From a virus (Duplodnaviria; Heunggongvirae; Uroviricota; Caudoviricetes), in the IMG/VR virus record IMGVR_UViG_3300044765_000092, positions 30,679 to 94,678 of that record: DNA of 64,000 nucleotides. The stretch is one strand, 5' to 3'. Below, in pieces: positions 1 to 9,614 of this stretch. The position numbers and the translations under genes were made by a program. The notes under the pieces were generated by a model that made no database searches, was not told where the DNA came from, and saw nothing but the letters and a program-made list of their open reading frames with translations. Position 1 is the first letter of the stretch. Each line of letters begins with the position of its first letter.

Positions 1-501
1 CTCACCACCAATGAACACAGGCAGCCACACGAATGTGACAGTAAACGTCGGACTCAACGCCAACTGCCCTAGCCGCGCTCCGATCTTCGCCAAGAACTTT
101 GTAGGGACACCACGCCATGTCCTGAAGTCAAAGTCCTTGAACTCGATGTCCTCATACTCGTCGGTCCATGTGGTTTCTTGGTCCTCGGGTTCTTCGTCCA
201 AAAGACGGTCTCGGAACTTGGACGGGTCAAGGTACGAGTCACTGTTCTCGCGGTGCTCGTCACCGATAGGCTGAAGTCCAGCTTGCAACGCCAAGTCGTT
301 GAACTTGACACTCTTGTTGCAGGCAAAACACCGGAACCAGCCGAGTGGTATGCTCTTTAGTGGATCTAAGTTGACCGATCCACTTGGATTCTTGTCTGGG
401 TGGAAAGGGCAAACGATCATTGCGGATCGTTCGTTGATACGCTTGGCCGTAGGCATCAAGCTCAATTGTTGAATGATGTGCTGGCGGAGGACTTCGCTCA
501 T
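1..501 (-). CDS. DNA primase (DnaG-type), N-terminal part; runs off window start
   Basis: Not in the ORF track. Manual translation from ATG 501 gives MSEVLRQHIIQQLSLMPTAKRINERSAMIVCPFHPDKNPSGSVNLDPLKSIPLGWFRCFACNK, a CHC2 zinc finger (CPFH..D..PS...FRCFAC). Confidence 0.85.
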   Translation of the reverse strand, partial: MSEVLRQHIIQQLSLMPTAKRINERSAMIVCPFHPDKNPSGSVNLDPLKSIPLGWFRCFACNKSVKFNDLALQAGLQPIGDEHRENSDSYLDPSKFRDRLLDEEPEDQETTWTDEYEDIEFKDFDFRTWRGVPTKFLAKIGARLGQLALSPTFTVTFVWLPVFIGGE

Positions 502-527
502 GATGGCACGTACTCTGGGTGCAGCTA

Positions 528-535
528 CATTTACA
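528..535 (-). promoter_or_regulatory. TGTAAATG promoter-like motif upstream of primase
   Basis: Same motif recurs upstream of many replication genes. Confidence 0.6.
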
Positions 536-575
536 GGCCGACGGTCAAGGTCTGGGCCTAATTTTAGGCTGGCGT

Positions 576-583
576 TGTAAATG
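576..583 (+). promoter_or_regulatory. TGTAAATG promoter-like motif for the plus-strand block
   Basis: Divergent partner of 528-535; about 18 nt before ATG 602. Confidence 0.6.
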
Positions 584-601
584 CGTGTCAAGAGGTTAGA
601 C

Positions 602-931
602 ATGATTACCAGCATTCACATGGCTACCCAGGTTCAAGCGTATCTGAACGGCGACGTACAAACGATTATGAGCCTGATCGCCGAATCCGTTGCCCAATAC
701 TGCAAGACAGTTGTTGAGGCTGAGAAGCCTGTTCAGACAGAGGAGTTCGATCGTACAGTCTCACGTGTCGCGTGCAAGGCTATTGCTACATTTCACCCTG
801 ATCTGGAAGACCGACTTGACATCAAGGTGGCACGAGCCCCGGATTCTTTGAATGGTCGTCTGGAGATCAAATTGCACCGGGAGTTCCGATCGCTGTTGGT
901 CGCCAACCCTGGAGCGTGCTATTTGCAATGA
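602..931 (+). CDS. hypothetical protein
   Basis: ORF; GAGG RBS before ATG 602. Confidence 0.6.
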   Translation: MITSIHMATQVQAYLNGDVQTIMSLIAESVAQYCKTVVEAEKPVQTEEFDRTVSRVACKAIATFHPDLEDRLDIKVARAPDSLNGRLEIKLHREFRSLLVANPGACYLQ

Positions 932-947
932 ACCATAAGGAACGATA

Positions 948-1292
948 ATGGCCTTTATCAAGAAGCTTGGGAATATCATAGCAGGTTTCGTAAGAGCGGT
1001 ACCAATTCTGGTGCTTATGTCCGTACCACTTTCTATAATTGGTGGTCTGTTGTTTGGGCCGCACGGCCATCCACCGCCGATGGTGCCTGCTACCACTGAA
1101 GAAGTTTCTGGGTACACGCTTTCAAACGGTCTGGCAGACTGCAAAGTCTATAGAGTGTCAGAGCCGCATCGCGCAGACGAGGATTATAGAACCTACCTCG
1201 CGGTCAGGTGTCCGCACTCGACAGTCACCACGACATACCACGTCTCAGGTAAATACGCGCACGACGAGGTCTCGATCACTAGTACACCATGA
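948..1292 (+). CDS. hypothetical membrane-anchored protein
   Basis: AAGGA RBS; N-terminal hydrophobic helix; ATGA overlap with next gene. Confidence 0.65.
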   Translation: MAFIKKLGNIIAGFVRAVPILVLMSVPLSIIGGLLFGPHGHPPPMVPATTEEVSGYTLSNGLADCKVYRVSEPHRADEDYRTYLAVRCPHSTVTTTYHVSGKYAHDEVSITSTP

Positions 1293-2269
1293 AAGAACAC
1301 CAGATCACGGCGCTGCTCAAGCGTGTACTCGACAAAGCAACCGAAGAGACAGTGACCGATGGTCGTGTTGACCCCAGGCGTGTGTTCTTTGTTCGCCCTT
1401 CGGCCTTTCCCTATTGCGGATTGAGGACCCTGCTGTCGTTCCAAGATCGACTGCACGAAGTTCCGGCCGTCGACTTCGGAGGCTCTTACTTTACTGGCGT
1501 CGGTACCACTGTCCACTCTGTGATCCAGAACTACATGGGGTTCAGCCCTCACGTAATTGGTGATTGGAAGTGTCGGCGTTGTGGGACTGTCCGCCGCTTC
1601 AGCGAGCGCAAGCCCTGTTCCAAGTGCAAGGGTCACGACCTTCAGTACGAAGAGCTGGAAATCGTCTACAAGAACACGGCGCTTGGCCATATAGACGGGT
1701 TGATTCGCCTTGAGCCCAAGCTCGGCAAGAACAGCCCCCATGTTGTGATCGACTATAAGACGAGCAGCACGTTCAAGATCGACAAGGCGAACAAGTACCC
1801 TGGGACCTTGCCGCTGCGCGAGAACGTGTTTCAGATACGTGCCTACGTGCCGTTGATCGAACAACTGTACCAAGTTCCAGTCGTTGGCTGGTCGCTTATC
1901 TACATCAGTCGTGATCGCCCGTTCAGCAGTGGCCGTCATGTGGTCAGTCGACTGATGGACGAACCTGAGCGGGCCAAGGTGTTGAGGCGTGTCGATCATA
2001 TCGTGCGTGTGCATCGGAAGGTGTTGAAGGCCAAGACTCTTGAAGACTTTGCGATTGTGCGTAAGCACAAGATCTGCAAGGATGCTGAGCACTACAAGGC
2101 AGACTACATGCTGGACAACAATAAGTGCCCGTTTGCACCTATCTGCTTCAACGATAAGAAGCTAGACCAAAAGCTGGAGTCGTTGCACAAGCAACATCGC
2201 AAGGTGTGGCCGCTCATCAGTCAGGCCAGTATCGATATTCAATCCGAGCTAGGGATGCTGCCAAAGTGA
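1289..2269 (+). CDS. Cas4-like / PD-(D/E)XK exonuclease
   Basis: PS..PYC, GTTVH, GHIDGL, IDYKT, FQIRAY motifs, C-terminal C...CPFAPIC cluster, plus a CxxC..CxxC insert. Confidence 0.8.
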   Translation: MKEHQITALLKRVLDKATEETVTDGRVDPRRVFFVRPSAFPYCGLRTLLSFQDRLHEVPAVDFGGSYFTGVGTTVHSVIQNYMGFSPHVIGDWKCRRCGTVRRFSERKPCSKCKGHDLQYEELEIVYKNTALGHIDGLIRLEPKLGKNSPHVVIDYKTSSTFKIDKANKYPGTLPLRENVFQIRAYVPLIEQLYQVPVVGWSLIYISRDRPFSSGRHVVSRLMDEPERAKVLRRVDHIVRVHRKVLKAKTLEDFAIVRKHKICKDAEHYKADYMLDNNKCPFAPICFNDKKLDQKLESLHKQHRKVWPLISQASIDIQSELGMLPK

Positions 2270-3162
2270 GAGTCTTCGTCGTCGACGCTGGCTACTACGT
2301 TCACAAGACGTTCGACGTGGTGGCCGCCAATCGGAATCCAGAGTTCATCGAAAAGAACTGCATGTCCACCCTGTTGTCCAGTGTCTGCAAAGACGCGTTG
2401 GTCAACAATGCGACACACGTATTGGTCTGCTTCGACGGCGGGAACCAATATCGCAGGTCTATCTACAAGGACTACAAGGCAAACCGCCGAAAATCCAATG
2501 AAACACAGATCACCAAGAAAGACGGATCTGTTGTCACTGTGGCAGCATCTCCTCACACTATGGCTCGACCAGCATTCGAAATGCTGCAATTGGCTGGCTT
2601 TGCCTGCTCACGAGTCAAAGGATACGAAGCCGACGACTTGCTCGGAAGCGCAGCCACCTCGTTAGTTCCGCAAGGCGCTCACGTAGTGTTGGGCACGCGT
2701 GACAAAGATATGGCGTCGTGCGTTGGACCAAAATGCTCGTTGTTCTGGCCTACGGAGAAGCGGGTGCTCGGCCCGGACGATGTGTTTGCCCATTGGGGTG
2801 TGTACCCGAACCAGATGCGCGACTTCTTGTGTTTGACCGGCGACGGTGTTGACAACATTCCTGGGTCAGGTTTCTCACCCAAGACGGCTGCCGCACTGTT
2901 GCAGAAGCACGGGTCGATCGCCAACTGCCTGGAGTCCGATAATGTTGATGCACGAAAGCTGAGACAGAAATCCAAATCGCTGCAGATAGCCCGGAAGCTA
3001 GTGACGCTGCGACGAGACATCAATTATAAGCTGGACGATCTGGTGCCCAATGCACCTGATGTTGAGACACTATCGGAACTCGTCTGGAAGGTGCCAGACT
3101 CACTCAAGGAACTAGGTGATGCCCGAAAAGCTGCAAGATTTAAGGGGCTGTTCAGACGCTGA
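2266..3162 (+). CDS. 5'-3' exonuclease / flap endonuclease (PolI N-terminal-like)
   Basis: VVDA, CFDGG, YKANR, EADD, DKD, GDGVDNIPG, PKTA motifs; GTG start overlapping upstream stop. Confidence 0.9.
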   Translation: MRVFVVDAGYYVHKTFDVVAANRNPEFIEKNCMSTLLSSVCKDALVNNATHVLVCFDGGNQYRRSIYKDYKANRRKSNETQITKKDGSVVTVAASPHTMARPAFEMLQLAGFACSRVKGYEADDLLGSAATSLVPQGAHVVLGTRDKDMASCVGPKCSLFWPTEKRVLGPDDVFAHWGVYPNQMRDFLCLTGDGVDNIPGSGFSPKTAAALLQKHGSIANCLESDNVDARKLRQKSKSLQIARKLVTLRRDINYKLDDLVPNAPDVETLSELVWKVPDSLKELGDARKAARFKGLFRR

Positions 3163-3274
3163 TCTAGTAGACGAGCATCACTGGGCCGCTCTCGAAGAGG
3201 CTCTGCGCGACGAAGACGAAGATCATCAGTTCCAGGCCGAAATCGCCTGGTCGATGCGTAACGAAGGACGATAG
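3119..3274 (+). CDS. small acidic hypothetical protein (51 aa)
   Basis: Below ORF-track cutoff; MPEKLQDLRG...MRNEGR fills the gap, AGGTG RBS. Confidence 0.45.
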   Translation: MPEKLQDLRGCSDADLVDEHHWAALEEALRDEDEDHQFQAEIAWSMRNEGR

Positions 3275-3276
3275 TC

Positions 3277-3648
3277 ATGAAAGACAAACAACCACTGTGG
3301 AAACGATGCTGGAACAAGCTCCAGTGGTGTTACTGGTCGATCTTCGGCTGGAACAGCGAGTGTGGTAAATACCGAGTGGTACCCGTGTGGATCGACTGCA
3401 GATTCTGCGGCTACGAGCCCCAGATGAAATACACAATGGGTCTGCGTCCTGGGGAGTTTTGGACACCACTCAACCGAATGGGTTTCTGGGCAGTGCCAGA
3501 CTCGTTCATGTTTGGCTACACTGGTGATGATCGGTATCCACAAGCTACGTTCAAAGAAGCGCTGGACGCGGTGGCACGGTCCGTGATCATCAACACAAAC
3601 AACGTTGTTCGTCCCTTAACAGTCGTGAGCAAAGATGGAAACTATTAA
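3277..3648 (+). CDS. hypothetical protein
   Basis: AAGGA RBS; in-operon ORF. Confidence 0.6.
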   Translation: MKDKQPLWKRCWNKLQWCYWSIFGWNSECGKYRVVPVWIDCRFCGYEPQMKYTMGLRPGEFWTPLNRMGFWAVPDSFMFGYTGDDRYPQATFKEALDAVARSVIINTNNVVRPLTVVSKDGNY

Positions 3649-3739
3649 GCGGCTCTTTCACGTTTTGATCGGTGGAGTGCTCATTGTGCTGAGCACCCAT
3701 CTACTCGTGACCTACATCATCTACCTCAAGCACCTATAA
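3635..3739 (+). CDS. small single-TM protein (34 aa)
   Basis: METIKRLFHVLIGGVLIVLSTHLLVTYIIYLKHL; fills gap. Confidence 0.45.
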   Translation: METIKRLFHVLIGGVLIVLSTHLLVTYIIYLKHL

Positions 3740-3750
3740 GGCAGTAGACA

Positions 3751-4815
3751 ATGCGCGTAAAAGAAGGCGACTACGCCATCTGTAAAGAACGACAAGAGGG
3801 ACGAAAAGACCGCACGTTCCTTATCCGAGTGGATCGCGTTAAGGAACATGCTGTGCTCGGTACGCTCGAACGCGATCCGCACATCAAGCGGGTGCAACTC
3901 GACGTCGAGACCAAGAATATCGTCTGCAATCTGGGACCGGATCCACATCCGGGTCGTGTTCATGGGATTGACACCGGGTTCCTTTACCGTAAAAGTTTCG
4001 ACCACCCGTTCTGGGGTGAGATCCATTTCTTCACTAAGCTTGACAAACTTACGATCAAGGCGTTCCGCTCAGCTTTGGACACCAGTGCGAAGATCGTGCA
4101 GAAAGCCAAGCTCCAGGAATTCACTACCTGCGTGCTGACCGAGATCAGTGCCAAGAACGGTAAGTGGGCTGGCAAGTACATTCACGGCGGTCGAGAAAAG
4201 CCGAATCGTGTGCGCTATGCTCCGGAATTCGCAGCCGGCAACCGGGCAGCAATGGAGTATGTAATCTTGCACGAGTTCGGCCACGTTGTTCGGTTCAACG
4301 GGCTGACTACTCCCAAGTGGAAAGCTCGCTGGGTCAACGCCTATCGTCGTAGTGTCGAGCCCACGGTGGTCACCAAAGACCAGCTTCGTGCGTTCCACAA
4401 GGCAGTGTTTGCCAATCCGGAAGGCAGTGCCTCGTTCACCACTGCGCTCAACGACGCTGTCGAAGACAAGGAAGACAACAAGATCGCAATGAAGGCTATC
4501 CTTCGTTGGATCAAGGATACGCACCGACTGACTGTCAAGGATCTGTCGATCCTGTATCAGTCGAAGAACATAGACGATCTGGAAAGCGTGTGGCCTACCG
4601 GGATCGTCGACACAAGCAAGCTCAAGCCTCTCATCACCGAATACGCAACGAAGAACCCCGAAGAAACGTTTGCTGAGGCGTTTGCATTTCATCTCACGGG
4701 CAAGAAGCTGCCCAAGTCAATCACCGGTCTGATGGAAGAGTCTATCAGGTACGCATCCGTCAAGGGGGTTCAGCATGAAACAGATACGAGTCCAGGAGAC
4801 AGCGGACAAACCTAG
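3751..4815 (+). CDS. zinc metallopeptidase-like protein
   Basis: HEFGH (HExxH) and downstream EYATKNPEETFAEAF. Confidence 0.7.
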   Translation: MRVKEGDYAICKERQEGRKDRTFLIRVDRVKEHAVLGTLERDPHIKRVQLDVETKNIVCNLGPDPHPGRVHGIDTGFLYRKSFDHPFWGEIHFFTKLDKLTIKAFRSALDTSAKIVQKAKLQEFTTCVLTEISAKNGKWAGKYIHGGREKPNRVRYAPEFAAGNRAAMEYVILHEFGHVVRFNGLTTPKWKARWVNAYRRSVEPTVVTKDQLRAFHKAVFANPEGSASFTTALNDAVEDKEDNKIAMKAILRWIKDTHRLTVKDLSILYQSKNIDDLESVWPTGIVDTSKLKPLITEYATKNPEETFAEAFAFHLTGKKLPKSITGLMEESIRYASVKGVQHETDTSPGDSGQT

Positions 4816-5509
4816 AACAAAGATGGTCGGTCTGAGCGACATTAAGGCACGGCGTCAATACTGGGATATGTCGAATCCACGGTGGTCACCGAAGCACACT
4901 TGTCTGAAAGTCACAAAGGGTAATGCGCTCGTCTACACGGAACTCTCGCGCGGTCTAACGGACAACTTTAAGAATTACGTGCTCACTTGGATAGCCGATC
5001 CTAGGATTGTCGACAAGCGGACAGCATTGTCTGTAGCAAAGGAGTACACCTTCGACAACAAAAATCAACAGAGTCCAGTGCGAGCGGTGTTGTCCGGAGA
5101 TTTCGAATCCAAAGGATTAACTCAAGTAGTGTTTGCTTGGGTTGAACAAAAGCTGCGTGGCCGTGGTGTTGGTCGAAAGCTATACACAATTCTGTACCGA
5201 AAGTCTAATCGTGGCCTTTTCAGCACCCCGATCAGCGAGATGAGTCGGAGTGCCTTTCTGCTTTGGTTGTCGTTATACGAAAACAATCCCAAGATGCGGA
5301 TATCTATGGGTACGCGATTCAAGGCCTACGATCCGCTCATTAAGAGTCTGAGTAAGCTCGCAACCTGCACACCGTCACCAACATCTAAGCATGACGTTCT
5401 TATCCCACGCGAGTCCCTGTCTATTTCAGCTGATTCAGCGTGGCTGAGCGACAGCGTTGACTTGTTCAGAAAACAAGGTGTGCGCTTGACTTTCGTTTGG
5501 CTGAAGTAG
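4775..5509 (+). CDS. GNAT-family acetyltransferase-like protein
   Basis: WVEQKLRGRGVGRKLY acetyl-CoA motif A; leader MKQIRVQETA. Confidence 0.6.
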   Translation: MKQIRVQETADKPRTKMVGLSDIKARRQYWDMSNPRWSPKHTCLKVTKGNALVYTELSRGLTDNFKNYVLTWIADPRIVDKRTALSVAKEYTFDNKNQQSPVRAVLSGDFESKGLTQVVFAWVEQKLRGRGVGRKLYTILYRKSNRGLFSTPISEMSRSAFLLWLSLYENNPKMRISMGTRFKAYDPLIKSLSKLATCTPSPTSKHDVLIPRESLSISADSAWLSDSVDLFRKQGVRLTFVWLK

Positions 5510-5519
5510 GAGACAATTT

Positions 5520-5924
5520 ATGACGATGACCATTCGCCAGATCCTGGCGAAAACGCCGAATGATCGTAAGATCAGGGCAAACTATGTAAAGATCACTGAG
5601 CTCAAACGCAAGGCCAACAGGGACGGCAGCACGCTGTTCCTTGCCAAATCGCATTCGTTCAAGGACAACGAAGGCAATACAAAGCGCGTCAAGGGCAACA
5701 CCTATGTGACCCAGATTCGTGCTATGGGCAAGAGCGTGATCGTCGGTTGTACGTGTGATGATTTCTGGGCGACGTGGGAGGTCGCGCTCCACAAACAGGG
5801 CGCCGCACCTATCAAGTACTCGAACGGCGAAGAGCCCAACACACGTAACCCACTCAACATTCCAGGAGCATGCAAGCATGTTTGCGCGATGGCAAACATG
5901 CTGATTCGAAAGGGATACCTGTGA
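5520..5924 (+). CDS. SWIM zinc-finger protein
   Basis: CTCDDF...ACKH; AGGAG RBS. Confidence 0.75.
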   Translation: MTMTIRQILAKTPNDRKIRANYVKITELKRKANRDGSTLFLAKSHSFKDNEGNTKRVKGNTYVTQIRAMGKSVIVGCTCDDFWATWEVALHKQGAAPIKYSNGEEPNTRNPLNIPGACKHVCAMANMLIRKGYL

Positions 5925-6979
5925 GTACCATCGCCTATCAGCACAGTCAGATGTTCGGTACCCTCAAGGGGATTACCGAACAGATTGACGTCAACCTTAC
6001 GTCCTTCCAGTATTTGTCGGTGCTAGATCGACTTGTCTACAACGCTATTGCTCCTCTTATCGAGCATACTCAGTTCTTTGACGTGTACTTGGGTCAAGTA
6101 TTGTCGTGGCAGACACGCAATCCAAAACGCAAGGCCACTGGCGTTGGACGGCAACAGTTCAGCGCCAACGTCGTTCTCTACTACCTACAGGACGATCCAG
6201 CCAAGAAGCTGAAGATCGTGCAAAAGACTAAGCTCGACAGAGGTATTCTGTTTGAGGCTCTGCGGCGTTGGCTCGATCTATGTATCGAGTACGACCAGAT
6301 CAAGGACTTACCAGCAACTCCAGATCGGATCATCCATCTGACGGAGCTGCACTCCAAACTGGCTATGCGACCCAACGGAAGTCTACACTTTGCGTTTAGT
6401 AGCTGTCGGTATTGGAACGAGCAGGCTCAGCAGTTCAAGTCCAAGATCCTCGAGAAGTATGTTCGCAAGTGCCTGATGACAGCACAACGTGACTACAAGG
6501 CGCTGCAACACCGAGTTCCACTCAACGACATCATTCAGACCTATCTGATGGTGGCGAGCAAGGCGATTGATAAGTGCGACACTGACAAGGGCGTGCTGAC
6601 AACCCACATCGAGAACTGGTTGTTGAGCGCTAAGAACGTCGTTGTGTCCACCTATCTGCAGGATGCGGCTGTGGCTGTAGCATCGGCTGCAACATCGTCA
6701 ACGACGTCAACAACGGCCAGTCGGTCTAATACTTCGGTGTCGGGTTCTGTCTCGGGCCTGACGTTGATGGAAACAGTGTCGCTCGACGAAGCCGAAGACG
6801 TGGCTGCGGAACCTGAAACAGACTACCTAGAAGAAGAGCAAGAGTTCGAGCACATGCGCCGTATCGCCAAGATCTTCGATTCTGCTGGTGTGGGTCGTAT
6901 TCTGTTGGGAGTGCAAGAGTCCCTGTCAGTGAGCGACAAGCAAGCTCTTCACGCAGTGGCCGTCATTCCACGACAGTAA
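5921..6979 (+). CDS. phage RNA polymerase sigma factor (sigma70 region 2/3-like)
   Basis: ILEKYVRKCLMTAQR...LNDIIQTYLMVASKAIDKCDTDKGVLTTHIENWL matches sigma region 2.1-2.3; later VSLDE (region 3.2-like); no obvious region 4 HTH. Confidence 0.7.
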   Translation: MSTIAYQHSQMFGTLKGITEQIDVNLTSFQYLSVLDRLVYNAIAPLIEHTQFFDVYLGQVLSWQTRNPKRKATGVGRQQFSANVVLYYLQDDPAKKLKIVQKTKLDRGILFEALRRWLDLCIEYDQIKDLPATPDRIIHLTELHSKLAMRPNGSLHFAFSSCRYWNEQAQQFKSKILEKYVRKCLMTAQRDYKALQHRVPLNDIIQTYLMVASKAIDKCDTDKGVLTTHIENWLLSAKNVVVSTYLQDAAVAVASAATSSTTSTTASRSNTSVSGSVSGLTLMETVSLDEAEDVAAEPETDYLEEEQEFEHMRRIAKIFDSAGVGRILLGVQESLSVSDKQALHAVAVIPRQ

Positions 6980-6983
6980 GGCA

Positions 6984-6991
6984 TGTAAATG
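6984..6991 (+). promoter_or_regulatory. TGTAAATG motif upstream of sliding clamp
   Basis: Exact motif in a 35-nt intergenic gap. Confidence 0.65.
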
Positions 6992-7014
6992 CAGGTTCAG
7001 CGAACAGCAAACCT

Positions 7015-8094
7015 ATGAAAATCAAGATCGACACTGACCTGTTGACATCGACTATCAAGTCGATCCAAAAATTGGCTCGCGCACCTCTGCTAATCGGCGA
7101 GGTACGCGGTAAGTTTCTACGACTCACGGTGACGGGCGGCGGTAACTCGTGTTCGATGACCGTACCGTGTACTGTGATCGACAAAGGTGGTGAGCGCGAG
7201 TTCGCGGTCGATGGCAGCAATTTTGCATCGGCAGTCAACAAGCGCAAGGACCTGGAACTCGAGATCGAAGCGTCGGTCTTGAAAATGCGAGCTAAGGGTG
7301 GATACGTGGCTGAGCTCATGGTCCAACCTACGGAAGAGGTCGTGGTTGTCCCTGAACAAGTCAAAGAGGGTAAGGCCACGATGCTGGGCGATGCATTTCT
7401 CAATCGGCTGCGAACCTACTTGGCCAAGATCGAGCTACGTCCTCTCTTGTCCATCTATTCGCATGTGCCGCTGGCCGTCAGAGCCACGCCCAAGGGTACG
7501 TTTGTCGCCTGCTTTGATCACTATCAAGCAGCATTCACGTTCGATCGCAAACTCAAATCCAAAGACGGCGAGGCCATCGACTTTGTGATCCCCAGCTCGT
7601 TGTTCTCAATGATTGCTGGTGAGATCAAGGGTCAGGACTACAAGCTGGCGATCACCGACACAGCGGTCTATGCCTACAACGACGCGTTTGAACTGGCGAT
7701 CGCCACGTCGCAACCCGACGGTGAGTCGATTACGCTCGACAACGTGATCGAGCTGTACGAGGGGCTAGCCCAACGCAAGCTCGACAAGGTCGTACTCAAG
7801 ACCGATTCGCTAACCAAGTTCTTCGACAATGCCAAGGCTGTGTACGACAAGGAAAGCGTGTTTGAACTCGTTGCCAAGGGCGGCAAGGGCAATATCAAAC
7901 TCACGTCAGCGTTCGGCTCGGTCAAATCGGCGCTCAAGCTGGGCCACGGCTCCTCAGACATCAGTCTCAAGTGCGACTTCAGCTTCTTTCGGGCAATGAT
8001 GGCCAAGGCGCCTGACACGTTGGAACTAGAGGTCGTACCCGAGTTCATCGTCTTCAAGAACAGTCCTGTAACCTACCTCATGAGTTTGGTATGA
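7015..8094 (+). CDS. DNA polymerase sliding clamp, beta-subunit-like
   Basis: 359 aa, three-domain beta-clamp-like periodicity (MKIKIDTDLL..; VACFDHYQAA resembling VATDGHRLA; C-terminal YLMSLV). Confidence 0.6.
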   Translation: MKIKIDTDLLTSTIKSIQKLARAPLLIGEVRGKFLRLTVTGGGNSCSMTVPCTVIDKGGEREFAVDGSNFASAVNKRKDLELEIEASVLKMRAKGGYVAELMVQPTEEVVVVPEQVKEGKATMLGDAFLNRLRTYLAKIELRPLLSIYSHVPLAVRATPKGTFVACFDHYQAAFTFDRKLKSKDGEAIDFVIPSSLFSMIAGEIKGQDYKLAITDTAVYAYNDAFELAIATSQPDGESITLDNVIELYEGLAQRKLDKVVLKTDSLTKFFDNAKAVYDKESVFELVAKGGKGNIKLTSAFGSVKSALKLGHGSSDISLKCDFSFFRAMMAKAPDTLELEVVPEFIVFKNSPVTYLMSLV

Positions 8095-8420
8095 GCAACA
8101 ACAATCGAACCTATACACCTGACCGCTGGGAACTGGTCAAGATCACCAAAGGCACTCACTCGTACTACAGAGTTCTAGCTGGATGGGCCGGTGGATTCAC
8201 CACTGGAGCTAGCTGGAAATTGAGCAGCGGCGTCAACGAGATCGAGAAGGACGACGAGGCCTACCACTTCCACAACGCGTCAGGTAGCGTTTACTCATGC
8301 CGATTCAACTCGCGTGGGCTGACTGGCCTCACAGCGTCTGTTCTCAGTAACTTCCAGGCGGAGCTGGCAGCCGACGACACGACTATCGAGGTTGTAGATC
8401 CGGATGAGGCAACACTGTGA
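8091..8420 (+). CDS. conserved phage hypothetical protein
   Basis: YTPDRW..VLAGWAGGF...WKLSSG motif typical of large-phage proteins. Confidence 0.65.
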   Translation: MSNNNRTYTPDRWELVKITKGTHSYYRVLAGWAGGFTTGASWKLSSGVNEIEKDDEAYHFHNASGSVYSCRFNSRGLTGLTASVLSNFQAELAADDTTIEVVDPDEATL

Positions 8421-8659
8421 ACGACAATCTGGTTAGTGCCAAGGAACTGCGAGACCTTGGGCTTAAGATTCCGGACAACATCCCTGACTGTGCCACGACT
8501 CCGTGGCACAGTATCACCTGGAAAGCTGAGGGTGACCCGACTGTGGATCCTTCCACTAATGTCCTGGTCATGAATCTATCGTTCGTATTCAACGAAGCGT
8601 TTAAGTGGATCGAGGTTCCGATGTTCGTTCAAAAGAAACCGGAGGATCAGTGCTCCTAG
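8417..8659 (+). CDS. hypothetical protein
   Basis: GTGA overlap, GAGG RBS. Confidence 0.55.
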   Translation: MNDNLVSAKELRDLGLKIPDNIPDCATTPWHSITWKAEGDPTVDPSTNVLVMNLSFVFNEAFKWIEVPMFVQKKPEDQCS

Positions 8660-9069
8660 ACGTACAGTTCTCGTACAACGCTCGGATCATCACGCCCATC
8701 AAAGTTCAAGACCGCCAATACTACGTGCTGTTCCGGCGTAGCCAGATCAAGGGCCCGTTCTCGGTTCAGAACTCCGCATTGCAGGTACCAAACACGCTGG
8801 TACACATCGCAGACCTAAAGCCGATTCATCAGGACGAAGTTGTAGGCAACCTGTTCTTCAGCGGAGCCAACACGATGTGCAATGGCGGTATGCTTTTGGC
8901 CTACAGCGGCCTGTTCAAGACAAGCGTGAACTTTAGAACACCGACCGACTTCTCGGTCGATCTAGTGGTAAACACGCCAGATCTACAGGTGTTCAGTCAG
9001 CGGAACAAGGCAACGATGGTGGTGAGCCCGAGCATGAAACGCAAGATCAGAGAAAATCTAGAAGTATGA
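8650..9069 (+). CDS. hypothetical protein
   Basis: GGAGG RBS before GTG 8650. Confidence 0.6.
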   Translation: MLLDVQFSYNARIITPIKVQDRQYYVLFRRSQIKGPFSVQNSALQVPNTLVHIADLKPIHQDEVVGNLFFSGANTMCNGGMLLAYSGLFKTSVNFRTPTDFSVDLVVNTPDLQVFSQRNKATMVVSPSMKRKIRENLEV

Positions 9070-9614
9070 CAGCCAAGACCGCAAAAGCACCAAAGAAGGC
9101 GGAGCTGCGCGACGCGCTGCGTGAAGACAAGACGTTTGCCAAGTACCGACGAATAGTCAAGATGGTGCGCGAAGCACTGGACCTTGAGGCACTTGAACAA
9201 GAGGTGATGCGCCTTCACGTGGGGCGTGAGAGCCGGACTCTTGACGGCACAGTCCCAAGCCCAGACAAAGTGTATGCAGCGAACCAGCAAGACGCTAAGT
9301 ATCGAAGCCGAATGGCCGAGATCCGCGTTCAGTTGTTCAAGCAGTCTGGCGCGTTGGCCAAAGCCACCAAGGAAGTACGTCTCTATCTGGCAGACGAGTA
9401 CGGTTCGTATGTGAGTGGCCGGACCGTGGCTGAGCGCAACACCTACTTCAATCGCTACATGAACACAGCGATTGCACTGACCGAAGACATCGACAACCTG
9501 ATGGAGCGCATCGACTTTTTGATCAAGGACATCGATCAGATGGGGTTTACGCTGCGTCGGTCGATAGATGTGCTCGAACTCATATATGGCAAGAACTCCG
9601 ATAGGCATGTATGA
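9066..9614 (+). CDS. helical protein, possibly UvsY-like recombination mediator
   Basis: Coiled-coil character and position near UvsW-like helicase; function is a guess. Confidence 0.35.
   Translation: MTAKTAKAPKKAELRDALREDKTFAKYRRIVKMVREALDLEALEQEVMRLHVGRESRTLDGTVPSPDKVYAANQQDAKYRSRMAEIRVQLFKQSGALAKATKEVRLYLADEYGSYVSGRTVAERNTYFNRYMNTAIALTEDIDNLMERIDFLIKDIDQMGFTLRRSIDVLELIYGKNSDRHV

Noticed and set aside
1289-2269. Cas4-like gene as evidence of CRISPR-Cas
   Set aside because: No repeat-spacer array or other cas genes are visible, and solo Cas4-like nucleases are common in phage replication modules.
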